Positions 1-8,003 of a DNA stretch of 64,000 bases are shown here, piece by piece. How positions within the stretch are numbered: position 1 is the stretch's first letter; every line of letters begins with the position of its first letter. The stretch is taken from NCBI GenBank assembly GCA_031385545.1, contig JANNBN010000129.1:33062-97061 (forward strand), written 5' to 3'. The notes below the pieces were generated by a model. That model was not told the origin of the DNA. It was given only the letters and a program-made list of their open reading frames with translations, and searched no databases. This DNA comes from Acidimicrobiia bacterium. Its GTDB lineage: Bacteria > Actinomycetota > Acidimicrobiia > Acidimicrobiales > JANYDT01. Both the position numbers and the translations under genes were made by a program.

Positions 1-1004
1 CAGCAGCGATCAACTCCATTCCAATCGGGGTCGACGCAGAGGGCCGCGAAGTCGTCGTCAAAGCCGGTCGTTACGGCCCGTATGTGAAGCGCGGCGAAGA
101 CAGTGCGTCAGTACCCGAATCGTTGGCGCCGGACGAGCTGACCCTGGCGAAAGCTGCCGAACTGCTCTCGGCGCCGAAGAACGACCGGGTGCTCGGTTCT
201 GACCCGGCCACCGGGTTGCCGGTCTACGTGAAGGCTGGCCGATTCGGGCCGTATGTGCAGCTGGGCGATATCGAATCGCTCGTCGCCCTGTCTGCGGCAT
301 CGCTTGCCGCCGAGGAGGCCGCAGCCGAAGCAGCGCATGCCCAGGCCGAAGCCGATGCGGTTGCTGTGGCTGCCGCAGTGGTTGCCGGAGTTGCCACGAA
401 GACCAAACCTGCCAAGAAGGCTGCTGCCAAAAAGGCACCGGCCAAGCCAAAGGCGAAGAAGGCCGATGCGCCGAAGCCAAAGGCATCGTCGCTGTTCAAA
501 ACGATGTCGGTCGACACGGTGACCTTCGAAGAGGCGCTCCAATTGCTCAGCCTGCCGCGCGTCGTCGGCATCGACCCGGCCGACAATGTGCCCATCGAGG
601 CGTCGAATGGCAAGTTCGGGCCGTATCTGCGTAAGGGCACCGACAGTCGCAGCCTCACCGCCGAGGAACAACTCCTGTCAATCACGCTCGACCAGGCGTT
701 GGCGATCTATGCGTTGCCGAAGGAACGCCGCGGCAGTGGGCAGGGTTCTGCCACGCCACCGCTTGCGTCGCTCGGTCCTGACATCGTGTCCGGCAAGCCA
801 ATGGTCGTCAAAGAGGGTCGCTTCGGCGCGTACGTCACCGACGGCGAGACCAACGCGTCGCTGCGCAAGGGCGACGACCCTGCGCAGCTCACTGCTGAAC
901 GGGGCATGGAGTTACTCGCCGACCGTCGTGCCAAGTTGGCTTCCGAACCGGCAAAGACGATCAAGCGAGGCGGCGTGAAGAAGGCCGCAGCACGCAAGCG
1001 GTAG
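1..1004 (+). CDS. topA: DNA topoisomerase I, C-terminal part (5' end outside window)
   Basis: Frame 3 is open from nt 3 to the stop at 1002-1004. The translation carries four GR(Y/F)GPY-type repeats (GRYGPYVK, GRFGPYVQ, GKFGPYLR, GRFGAYVT) plus an Ala/Lys-rich spacer and tail, as in actinobacterial TopA C-termini. holB follows, which is the usual synteny. Confidence 0.9.
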   Translation, partial: AAINSIPIGVDAEGREVVVKAGRYGPYVKRGEDSASVPESLAPDELTLAKAAELLSAPKNDRVLGSDPATGLPVYVKAGRFGPYVQLGDIESLVALSAASLAAEEAAAEAAHAQAEADAVAVAAAVVAGVATKTKPAKKAAAKKAPAKPKAKKADAPKPKASSLFKTMSVDTVTFEEALQLLSLPRVVGIDPADNVPIEASNGKFGPYLRKGTDSRSLTAEEQLLSITLDQALAIYALPKERRGSGQGSATPPLASLGPDIVSGKPMVVKEGRFGAYVTDGETNASLRKGDDPAQLTAERGMELLADRRAKLASEPAKTIKRGGVKKAAARKR

Positions 1005-1014
1005 GCGCGTCTCC

Positions 1015-2328
1015 ATGAGCCTGTTCGACGCCGACGACTATCTGCCGATACCAGACGAGCCGGTCGAGGTCGCACCGCAGCCGCTCGACGAACCGACTGC
1101 CCAGCCGGTTGCCGCAGCAGTTGCAGCAGCTGCATTGCTCGACCAGTTGCCTGTCGATGTGCCGGAGGCGATTCTCGAAGCGGTGATGGAAGAGGTCGCG
1201 CTTGTCGAGATCGGCCCTCCGCTTGTGTCGGCGGCGGTGGTGCCGGTTGTGTCCTCGGCTGACCTGTGGGAGCTGGTCGTGTTCCAGCAGGGAGCTATCG
1301 CGGCGCTGCGGGCTGCAGCACGTCAACCGGTGCATGCGTACCTGCTGACCGGTGTCGCCGGTAACGGATCACGTCGGGCGGCGGTGTCGTTCGCTGCCGC
1401 CCTGTTGTGCGATGCGGGCGGGTGCGGCCGGTGCGATGCGTGCGTTCGGACCATGGCCCAGACCCACCCCGACCTGGTCGTGGTTGAGCGCGAGGGTGCG
1501 TCGATCAACGTCGATCAGGCGCGCGAGATCATCCGCCTGGCGATGCGTTCACCGGTTGAAGGTGCGCGCAAGGTCTTGGTGCTGACCGATTTTCATCTCG
1601 TCACCACGGCCGGTCCGACGCTGCTGAAGATCATCGAGGAGCCTCCAGCCAGCACGGTGTTCGTCATCCTTGCCGACCACGTGACACCCGAGCTGCTCAC
1701 CATCGCATCGCGATGTGTACAGATCCCGTTCGTCAACCCCACCCAATCTCAGATCGTCAGTGCACTTATCGACCGCGGTCTCGATGCCGAGCGGGCACAG
1801 CGGGTGGCGCACGCTGCTGGCGGGCAGTTGGAACGAGCGCTGTTGCTGGCCGACGACGAACAGCTTGCCGCGCGGCTGGCGTTTTGGGAGATGATCCCCA
1901 GCAGGTTGGACGGGTCCGGTGCAGCGGTTGCATCGTTGTCCGGCGAGGCGTTGACTCTGTTGGACAGTGCTGCGGTAGGCCCGCTTGAGGCACGCCAAGC
2001 GGCTGAGGTGGTTGCGCTCGAAAAGGTGATCGAACAGCAGGGGCCGCGTGGCGCCATCGGTCAACGCAAGGAGTTGGCCGAGCGACACAAGCGAGAGCTG
2101 AAGCGACTCCGAGACGATGAACTGCGGCTCGGGTTGTCGGTGCTGCTGCGCCGGTTCCGTGGCGCGCTGCTCGGCGGCGAGGTGTCCCACGGTGATGCGC
2201 TCACTGCGATCGATCGGATCAACGGTGTGCAGGAGCATCTGGAGCGCAACCCCAACCTCAGCTTGTTGCTGCCGGCCCTGCTGCTGAAGTTGCCCCGCCT
2301 CGCGCGGCCAGCCGACATCACCCGCTGA
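1015..2328 (+). CDS. holB: DNA polymerase III subunit delta-prime (clamp-loader AAA+)
   Basis: LLTGVAGNGSRRAAVSFAAALLC P-loop-like segment, zinc module CGRCDACV, THPDLVVVE, VLVLTDFH (DExx-like) and SRC motif (ASRCVQIPF). The Ala/Pro/Val-rich N-terminal ~100 aa leaves the exact start uncertain. Confidence 0.85.
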   Translation: MSLFDADDYLPIPDEPVEVAPQPLDEPTAQPVAAAVAAAALLDQLPVDVPEAILEAVMEEVALVEIGPPLVSAAVVPVVSSADLWELVVFQQGAIAALRAAARQPVHAYLLTGVAGNGSRRAAVSFAAALLCDAGGCGRCDACVRTMAQTHPDLVVVEREGASINVDQAREIIRLAMRSPVEGARKVLVLTDFHLVTTAGPTLLKIIEEPPASTVFVILADHVTPELLTIASRCVQIPFVNPTQSQIVSALIDRGLDAERAQRVAHAAGGQLERALLLADDEQLAARLAFWEMIPSRLDGSGAAVASLSGEALTLLDSAAVGPLEARQAAEVVALEKVIEQQGPRGAIGQRKELAERHKRELKRLRDDELRLGLSVLLRRFRGALLGGEVSHGDALTAIDRINGVQEHLERNPNLSLLLPALLLKLPRLARPADITR

Positions 2329-2420
2329 CCTGCGTTCTGAAAAATTGTTCCGGCACGATATTTTCGCCTGGTGCGGGAAGCCAGTGCTCTCGGAGCCGTG
2401 TACTACAGTTTTTCTCCGCC

Positions 2421-2496
2421 GCCCGGGTAGCTCAGTCGGCAGAGCAGCTCATTCGTAATGAGCAGGTCGCCGGTTCAATTCCGGCCCCGGGCTCCA
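2421..2496 (+). tRNA. tRNA-Thr (anticodon CGT), CCA encoded
   Basis: Cloverleaf read by hand. Acceptor GCCCGGG/CCCGGGC, D-arm TAGCTCAGTCGGCAGAGCA, anticodon stem-loop AGCTC-ATTCGTAA-GAGCA (anticodon CGT), T-arm GCCGG-TTCAATT-CCGGC, discriminator T, then CCA. Confidence 0.93.
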
Positions 2497-2497
2497 C

Positions 2498-2525
2498 GAA
2501 ACCCCTTGCCTCGGCAAGGGGTTTC
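2498..2525 (+). terminator. Strong hairpin immediately after tRNA-Thr
   Basis: 12-bp perfect stem GAAACCCCTTGC / GCAAGGGGTTTC with loop CTCG, followed by a moderately T-containing tail (TCGCGTTCGGTTCG). Confidence 0.65.
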
Positions 2526-2604
2526 TCGCGTTCGGTTCGAGTTGGTCTGGCCCTGTGGCGAGAACGTTCCAACTTGTCATCCCGCGACCTCTCGGCACCT
2601 CACT

Positions 2605-2726
2605 CTGCAACCAACGTGGGATCTCCAGCAACCAACGTGGAGCCTCCAGCAACCAACGTCGCACTTTCGGGCCGATTTCGGCGGGCGGAATGAAACGTTG
2701 GTTGCTGGTGCGACCAAGTTGGAGCA
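2605..2726. promoter_or_regulatory. Array of CAACCAACGT-core repeats (3 direct copies with 21-bp phasing, 1-2 inverted copies)
   Basis: TGCAACCAACGTGG at 2606, CAGCAACCAACGTGG at 2627 and CAGCAACCAACGTCG at 2648 have starts 21 bp apart. An inverted copy AACGTTGGTTGCTGG lies at 2694-2708, and a degenerate ACCAAGTTGGAGCA at 2713-2726. The array sits about 165-285 bp upstream of the sigH start. Confidence 0.6.
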
Positions 2727-2890
2727 AGCGATCGGGGAGTGCGACCCCAGTTTCGGCACGTCACACGTTCGTGAAGGGTGCGATGTGGACGAGTTGCCAA
2801 GCGCGCCTGCGCCGGATGGCACAGCTGAACCTGGGTAGGTCATGAGGTCGCAAAGGGGAGTTCTCATCATCGGCCCGGTATGGTGGCCGT

Positions 2891-3583
2891 ATGGCTGATC
2901 AAGCCGATTTCGAAAGCTTGGCGATGGAGCACCTCCCATCGCTGTATTCGGGTGCGTACCGGATGACGCACAACAAGGCCGATGCCGAGGACCTCGTCCA
3001 GGAGACGTACCTCAAGGCTTACCGTGGCTTCCACGGGTTCGAAGCCGGCACAAACCTGCGTGCGTGGTTGTTCCGCATCATGACCAACACCTATATCAAC
3101 CAGTACCGGCGCAAGCAGCGAAACGTTGACGAACAAGAACTCGACAACGTGGAAGACCTGTTCCTCTACCGTCGTCTCGGTGGCGAAACAGCCGCCATCC
3201 TCGGCCGCTCGACCGAGGACGAAGTGCTTGATCGGTTCACCGAATCAGAGGTGTCGGACGCAGTCGCGGCGCTGCCCGACACGTTCCGAATCCCGGTCCT
3301 ACTGGCCGATGTCGAAGGATTTTCCTACAAGGAAATCGCCGAGCAGCTCAACATTCCCATCGGAACCGTCATGTCCCGGCTGCATCGGGGAAGAAAAGCG
3401 CTGCAGAAGCAGTTGTTCGAATTTGCCGTCGATCGAGGACTGGTCGAGAGACCGACATCCACCGGACCCGATGGTGACGAACAAGCATCAAGTGCAGAAC
3501 ATCCCGCAGAGCAACTTGTCGAACTCCCGTCCGATTCCGGCTACGACCCGGCTGAACCTGCCTTTGAACCGGTGCCCTTATGA
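2891..3583 (+). CDS. sigH: ECF RNA polymerase sigma factor, SigH/SigR-like
   Basis: [44 protein letters not shown] (region 2) and [28 protein letters not shown] (region 4 HTH) closely resemble mycobacterial SigH as I remember it. ATGA overlap with a ZAS anti-sigma gene. Confidence 0.9.
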   Translation: MADQADFESLAMEHLPSLYSGAYRMTHNKADAEDLVQETYLKAYRGFHGFEAGTNLRAWLFRIMTNTYINQYRRKQRNVDEQELDNVEDLFLYRRLGGETAAILGRSTEDEVLDRFTESEVSDAVAALPDTFRIPVLLADVEGFSYKEIAEQLNIPIGTVMSRLHRGRKALQKQLFEFAVDRGLVERPTSTGPDGDEQASSAEHPAEQLVELPSDSGYDPAEPAFEPVPL

Positions 3584-3948
3584 GCAACCCCACACCTTTC
3601 GGAGCATCAACGCCCTTCGGGTCCGAGCCGATCTTCGGCGGGCAACCCCGGTTCGGTTCGGCGTCCGACGTGTCGTTCGCTGCGAGCGTGCTTCCGTGCG
3701 TCGGCGGAAACTGCGGCGAGGTGGTCCACGAGTTGTATCCGTTTCTCGACGGGGAGCTTGACCACGAACACCGTTCAGCGGTTCAGGCCCACCTTGATTC
3801 GTGCCCCTCGTGCGTGGCAGCCTTCCGATTCGAGGGCTTGCTCCGCACCGCCGTCAGGACCCGGCTCAACGTGCCGGTTCCGTCCGATTTGGCAGCCCGC
3901 ATCCGCCTGGCGCTGGCTGCCGATAACCAGCCTCCGCCGCTCGCCTGA
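3580..3948 (+). CDS. rshA: Zinc-binding anti-sigma factor (ZAS family, RshA/RsrA-like)
   Basis: Translationally coupled to sigH (ATGA at 3580-3583). Contains C...H-x3-C-x2-C ([17 protein letters not shown]...[13 protein letters not shown]), the ZAS signature. Confidence 0.85.
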   Translation: MSNPTPFGASTPFGSEPIFGGQPRFGSASDVSFAASVLPCVGGNCGEVVHELYPFLDGELDHEHRSAVQAHLDSCPSCVAAFRFEGLLRTAVRTRLNVPVPSDLAARIRLALAADNQPPPLA

Positions 3949-3987
3949 GCGGCAGGTGTTCCTCTACAACCCAAAGGCAGTCTCAAC

Positions 3988-4176
3988 ATGACCGAACATG
4001 CAGTTGGCGCAAAGCCACTTTCCGGCTCTGATCGGCCGTCACGTCAGTTCACGGCCGGCCGTGGATGCAAAGAACCGGGCTGCACCACGCAGCTCTCGAT
4101 GTATAACAACGGCAAGTACTGCTCGCAACATGAACCGATGATCGTGCCGCGCACCCGCGGCAAGAAGATCGCCTGA
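3988..4176 (+). CDS. Small zinc-ribbon-like protein (CxxxxC...CxxH), function unknown
   Basis: 62-codon ORF with G/C-rich third positions. Motif GCKEPGCTTQLSMYNNGKYCSQHEP and a basic tail (PRTRGKKIA). Sits directly after sigH-rshA. I do not recognise a named family. Confidence 0.55.
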   Translation: MTEHAVGAKPLSGSDRPSRQFTAGRGCKEPGCTTQLSMYNNGKYCSQHEPMIVPRTRGKKIA

Positions 4177-4200
4177 CAGCGGTCCAACTAGACTCCTCGC

Positions 4201-4341
4201 ATGCTCTCGTTGATCGCCGCAGCGCGTCCGTGGTTCGCCTGGATCCCGTTCGTCCTCGTCGCAAGTGCCGTGCTCGGGGTCCTGTCCCTGCTCCTCGGCT
4301 ACTACGTCAAGGTCACCTCCAACAAACACCCCCGAGACTGA
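4201..4341 (+). CDS. Possible 46-aa single-pass membrane protein (below the ORF-track size cutoff)
   Basis: Hand translation: MLSLIAAARPWFAWIPFVLVASAVLGVLSLLLGYYVKVTSNKHPRD*. One clear TM helix and mostly G/C-ending codons. It fills the gap between 4176 and 4394. No obvious RBS. Confidence 0.35.
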   Translation: MLSLIAAARPWFAWIPFVLVASAVLGVLSLLLGYYVKVTSNKHPRD

Positions 4342-4393
4342 CCATACGTCTCGGCCAGGCGCCGCTGGCGCCGCACCCCCGGGCGGTAACCCG

Positions 4394-5506
4394 ATGAATC
4401 GTCTGGAACCTATCGATTGGACCGTCGCTGCAAAAGTGGCGAGCCGCCTTGCCGGGTCAGACCCGTTTGCGAGTTCGTACCACGGTGCCTCGCTCGTTGC
4501 CGATTTTGCAGAGCTCACCCCGCGGGCCGAAGCGCTGGTGACAACCTCGACCGGCCTCGTCCCTGACGGACCGGCCAATGCCCGGGTAGTCAACAGACCT
4601 GAGTGGATCCAGAACAACATCCGCTCCTTCCAGCGAATGCTGCGGCCCATCACCGACCGCATGGGTGGCGACATGGGCGGACTATGGGCCCCCGCCGCAC
4701 GGATGGCGGCCGGCGTCGAAGTGGGCACAATCCTCGGTGTTCTGTCGAAGCGGGTGCTCGGCCAGTACGACCTCATCGGGGCCGGCGACGAAGACAAACC
4801 GCAGGACGAAGTCGCGTACGTGGGACCAAACGTGTTGGCAATCGAAAAGCGGTTCGCGTTTCCCCCACAGGAATTCAGGCTCTGGCTGGCGTTGCACGAA
4901 GTCACACATCGCGCCCAGTTCACCGGTGTGCCGTGGATGCGGGGCTACTTCACCACGCTGACCAACCGCACGCTGGGGTCAGCAGACCCAGATCCGCGTC
5001 GGTTCCTCATCGCGTTGAAGCGCACCGTCGATGCGGTTCGGGCCGGGCGCAACCCGTTCGACGACGGCGGGTTGCTTGCGCTTCTCGCCGACGATGACCA
5101 GCGCGACGCGCTTGACCGGATGGGCGGGCTGATGAGCCTGCTCGAAGGTCATGGCGACATCACCATGGATCGGGCGGGTATCGATCACATCCCGTCTGCA
5201 GGACGCTTTTCGGCGACGCTCCGCCAACGCCGTCAGCAGAGCAAACCGCTGATCAAACTGGTCCAACAGGTCTCGGGCTTCGAGGCGAAACTTCGCCAGT
5301 ACGAGGAGGGCGAACGGTTCATCGAAGCGGTCGAAGCTCAGCGTGGCGTGGCTTTTCTCGACAGGGTGTGGGTGTCGCCCGACCGTCTGCCGTCACTCGC
5401 CGAGATCCGTAACCCGTCTGCGTGGGTCACTCGCTTGGACCTCTTCGACGCGCCCGCCGAAGTTGCTGGGTCGCGGCGGCGGCCCTGGCGACGACCGGTT
5501 CGATGA
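4394..5506 (+). CDS. DUF2342-type zinc-dependent metalloprotease-like protein
   Basis: HEXXH-like LALHEVTHRAQF. Position immediately upstream of tilS mirrors the Rv3626c-Rv3625c (mesJ/tilS) arrangement in mycobacteria. Start moved to ATG 4394 (MNRLEPIDW...) because the upstream ORF part is Pro/Ser/Thr junk. Confidence 0.75.
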   Translation: MNRLEPIDWTVAAKVASRLAGSDPFASSYHGASLVADFAELTPRAEALVTTSTGLVPDGPANARVVNRPEWIQNNIRSFQRMLRPITDRMGGDMGGLWAPAARMAAGVEVGTILGVLSKRVLGQYDLIGAGDEDKPQDEVAYVGPNVLAIEKRFAFPPQEFRLWLALHEVTHRAQFTGVPWMRGYFTTLTNRTLGSADPDPRRFLIALKRTVDAVRAGRNPFDDGGLLALLADDDQRDALDRMGGLMSLLEGHGDITMDRAGIDHIPSAGRFSATLRQRRQQSKPLIKLVQQVSGFEAKLRQYEEGERFIEAVEAQRGVAFLDRVWVSPDRLPSLAEIRNPSAWVTRLDLFDAPAEVAGSRRRPWRRPVR

Positions 5507-5516
5507 CACCGGTTCG

Positions 5517-6449
5517 ATGACGACCACAGCAGCGGCCCGGGCACTGCTCAGTCGGTTGGCGCCCGAGACCTCGTTCCCGTCGGGTTCGCTGCACTGCGCC
5601 GTGAGCGGCGGAGCCGATTCCCTGGCTCTCCTGGCGCTCGCGGTACAGGTGTGTGGGGCATCGCAGGTGACTGCATGGCACGTTGACCACGGTCTACGCG
5701 ACGGCTCGGCGGCCGAAGGAAGGCACGTCGAGGCCATCGCGTCGTCGGTCGGTGCAGCTTTCGAACAGCGGACGGTTTCGCTGACCGTCGGGCCGAACCT
5801 CGAAGCCCGAGCCCGCCAAGCTCGGTACGGGGCCCTTCCCGACGAGGTCTGCACCGGACACACCGCAGACGACGTGGCCGAGAGTGTGGTCATGAACCTG
5901 ATGCGCGGCGCAGGGTTCGATGGGATGTCTCCGATGCAACGTGCCGGTTCGCCGCGGCGCGGGCAGATGGTTCATCGTCCGATCATCCGGTTCCGTCGCA
6001 CCCAGACAGAAGCGATCTGCGCTGCGGTTGGTTGGACACCTGTTTCCGACACGATGAACGACGACCCGCGGTTCGTACGATCGCGGGTGCGTCATGAAGT
6101 GCTCCCACTTCTCGATACGGTTGCCGGCCGAGACGTGAGCGAGCTACTGGCTCGTTCGGCTGAGGTGTCCTCGCAGGACGTTGCAGTGCTCGATGCACTC
6201 GCCGGCGAGTTGGATCCGACCGACGCCCGCGCCTTGGACGTAGCCCCGCTCGCGTTGGCCAGACGTGCTCTGCGGATGTGGTTTCTGGAAGCCGGGGTGG
6301 ACCCCGACGGACACCCTGCGTGCCTTGCTGCCCTCGATCGAGCGCTCGCAGTCGCGCGTGGCGATGCCGTGGCCTGCGAGGTCGGGAACGGATGGCGTCT
6401 CGCTCGTTCCCATCAGCGGCTGTCACTCGCACGCGCCGAAAGCGACTGA
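5517..6449 (+). CDS. tilS: tRNA(Ile)-lysidine synthase
   Basis: PP-loop motif CAVSGGADSLALLAL followed by WHVDHGLR and GHTADD. Start taken at ATG 5517, 11 nt after the upstream stop. Confidence 0.88.
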   Translation: MTTTAAARALLSRLAPETSFPSGSLHCAVSGGADSLALLALAVQVCGASQVTAWHVDHGLRDGSAAEGRHVEAIASSVGAAFEQRTVSLTVGPNLEARARQARYGALPDEVCTGHTADDVAESVVMNLMRGAGFDGMSPMQRAGSPRRGQMVHRPIIRFRRTQTEAICAAVGWTPVSDTMNDDPRFVRSRVRHEVLPLLDTVAGRDVSELLARSAEVSSQDVAVLDALAGELDPTDARALDVAPLALARRALRMWFLEAGVDPDGHPACLAALDRALAVARGDAVACEVGNGWRLARSHQRLSLARAESD

Positions 6450-6497
6450 CGGGTTCGTCATAGGGTTCGATCAGTCCGGCGCTTCTAAGGTGGCGCG

Positions 6498-7256
6498 ATG
6501 TCCGAAGAACTGGTCCTGGTTTCGTCCTCCGTGGGTGTTCGCACGCTGACGCTCAACCGGCCGGACGCACTCAATGCGCTGACGCCCGAATTGCTCGAGC
6601 AACTGGCCTACCAACTGCAGCAGGCAAGCGACGATGCCGAAGTTCGAGTGGTCCTGCTGACGGGCACCGGCCGCGCGTTCAGTGCGGGCGTCGATCTCAA
6701 AGCGCTGGCTGCGACGCCACCGAGTGGCGGCGACGTCTCGACGATGCTGAACGATCCGGCGCGTCGTTGCGCCGACCTCCTGGCGACGATGCCGAAGGCG
6801 ACCGTCGCCAAGGTCAACGGTTTCTGTTTCACCGGAGCACTTGAGCTCGCGCTTGCGTGCGACCTCATGATCGTTGCTGACGAGGCGAAGATCGGGGACA
6901 CGCATGCCAAGTGGGGACTACGGCCGACGTGGGGGATGAGCGCCCGGTTGATTCGCTCGGTCGGTATCACTCGAGCCCGTGACCTGTCGTACACGGCGCG
7001 CACGATCCTCGGACCTGAAGCCGTGCAGATCGGTATGGCGATGCGCAGCGTTCCCATTGCTCAGCTGGACTCCGCCACTGAAGAACTCGTCGCCGAGATC
7101 ATGGCCAACAGCCACGACTCGATCGTGGCGTACAAGGACCTGTACCGGCACGGTCAGGACCGCGGTCTCACCGAGTCGCTGCAGTTCGAATACTCGACGC
7201 GCTACACGCTGGGCGGAGCGTCGGGCCGGCTCGGCACTTTCGGTGAAAAATCGTGA
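6498..7256 (+). CDS. Enoyl-CoA hydratase/isomerase (crotonase) family protein
   Basis: VVLLTGTGRAFSAGVDLK and NGFCFTGALELALACDLMIVADEAKIGDTHAKWGL are typical crotonase-fold oxyanion-hole segments. Confidence 0.85.
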   Translation: MSEELVLVSSSVGVRTLTLNRPDALNALTPELLEQLAYQLQQASDDAEVRVVLLTGTGRAFSAGVDLKALAATPPSGGDVSTMLNDPARRCADLLATMPKATVAKVNGFCFTGALELALACDLMIVADEAKIGDTHAKWGLRPTWGMSARLIRSVGITRARDLSYTARTILGPEAVQIGMAMRSVPIAQLDSATEELVAEIMANSHDSIVAYKDLYRHGQDRGLTESLQFEYSTRYTLGGASGRLGTFGEKS

Positions 7257-7633
7257 CCGACGAAACCGCACCAACCCCTGGCGACTGGTCGCGTCCGGTT
7301 GTCCACTGGGCCTTGAGCGCGGTAGACCCTGATCGTATGCGTGCATTCTATTCCGAGATGTTCAACTGGTCGATCGGCGACGGCCCGTTCATGATGATCG
7401 ACGCCGGAATCGGCAGCCCGCTTGAAGGAGTGGGCGGGCACATCCAGCAGGGTTCTGCGGATCGACCAGGCGTGTCGCTCTACATCCAAGTTCATGACGT
7501 TGTCGCCTCGCAGCTTCGGGCCGTCCAGCTGGGGGGCGCTGCCCTCGGCGAACCGTTCCAGTTCCCGGGCAACCCGACGATGGCTGTCATCGAAGACCCG
7601 GAAGGCAACTCGATCATGTTGGTGCAGCAATGA
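7253..7633 (+). CDS. VOC (glyoxalase/bleomycin-resistance) family protein
   Basis: 126 aa, 4-nt overlap with the upstream gene. FYSEMFNW...GVSLYIQVHDV...MAVIEDPEGNSIMLVQ matches the paired beta-alpha-beta-beta-beta VOC pattern. Confidence 0.7.
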   Translation: MTDETAPTPGDWSRPVVHWALSAVDPDRMRAFYSEMFNWSIGDGPFMMIDAGIGSPLEGVGGHIQQGSADRPGVSLYIQVHDVVASQLRAVQLGGAALGEPFQFPGNPTMAVIEDPEGNSIMLVQQ

Positions 7634-7911
7634 CGATGGAACTGCACCGGTTCCGGTTGCGAGTGGAGACAGACACGGCTGCGTTCTGGGAGGCAGACGA
7701 ACAACTCCAAGAGCGTTGGTACTACCAACAGCCCGGAGTGACCCGGCGTTTGACCAGCGTGTCTGACGATGGCTGGTGGGTGAGTCTCGTGTGGTGGTCA
7801 GCAACAGTTCAGCCACCGGACACCTCGCCGCTGCTGTTCTTCCTCTCGACCTCGGTGCTCGTTGATGCAAGCACCTTGTCGATCGAGCGCTTTTCAGGGC
7901 GGCCTGATTGA
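7630..7911 (+). CDS. Hypothetical small protein (possibly ABM/Dabb-like ferredoxin fold)
   Basis: ATGA overlap with the VOC gene suggests coupling. 93 aa, Trp-rich. No firm family recognised. Confidence 0.45.
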   Translation: MTMELHRFRLRVETDTAAFWEADEQLQERWYYQQPGVTRRLTSVSDDGWWVSLVWWSATVQPPDTSPLLFFLSTSVLVDASTLSIERFSGRPD

Positions 7912-8003
7912 GACGCTCGTTGCTGGGAGAAGGCGCGCGGTGCCGTCAGTAAAACGCTGTGCCGGTCCTCGTGGTGGCGACAACAATGTGGTTCGTGGAT
8001 TTC

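Noticed and set aside
2687-2712. GGAAT at 2687-2691 as the -35 element of a SigH/SigR-type autoregulated promoter
   Set aside because: No GTT is found at the required ~18-nt spacing (positions 2708-2712 read GGTGC), so the consensus GGAAT-N18-GTT is not satisfied.
2458-2845. ORF-track entries (126 aa and 96 aa on +, 120 aa and 92 aa on -) covering the tRNA-Thr / sigH intergenic region
   Set aside because: They start inside or right after the tRNA. Their peptides (QPTWDLQQPTWSLQQPTS, ISSNQRGASSNQRR) are simply the DNA repeats translated. There is no RBS or family resemblance. I treat the region as non-coding regulatory or repeat DNA.
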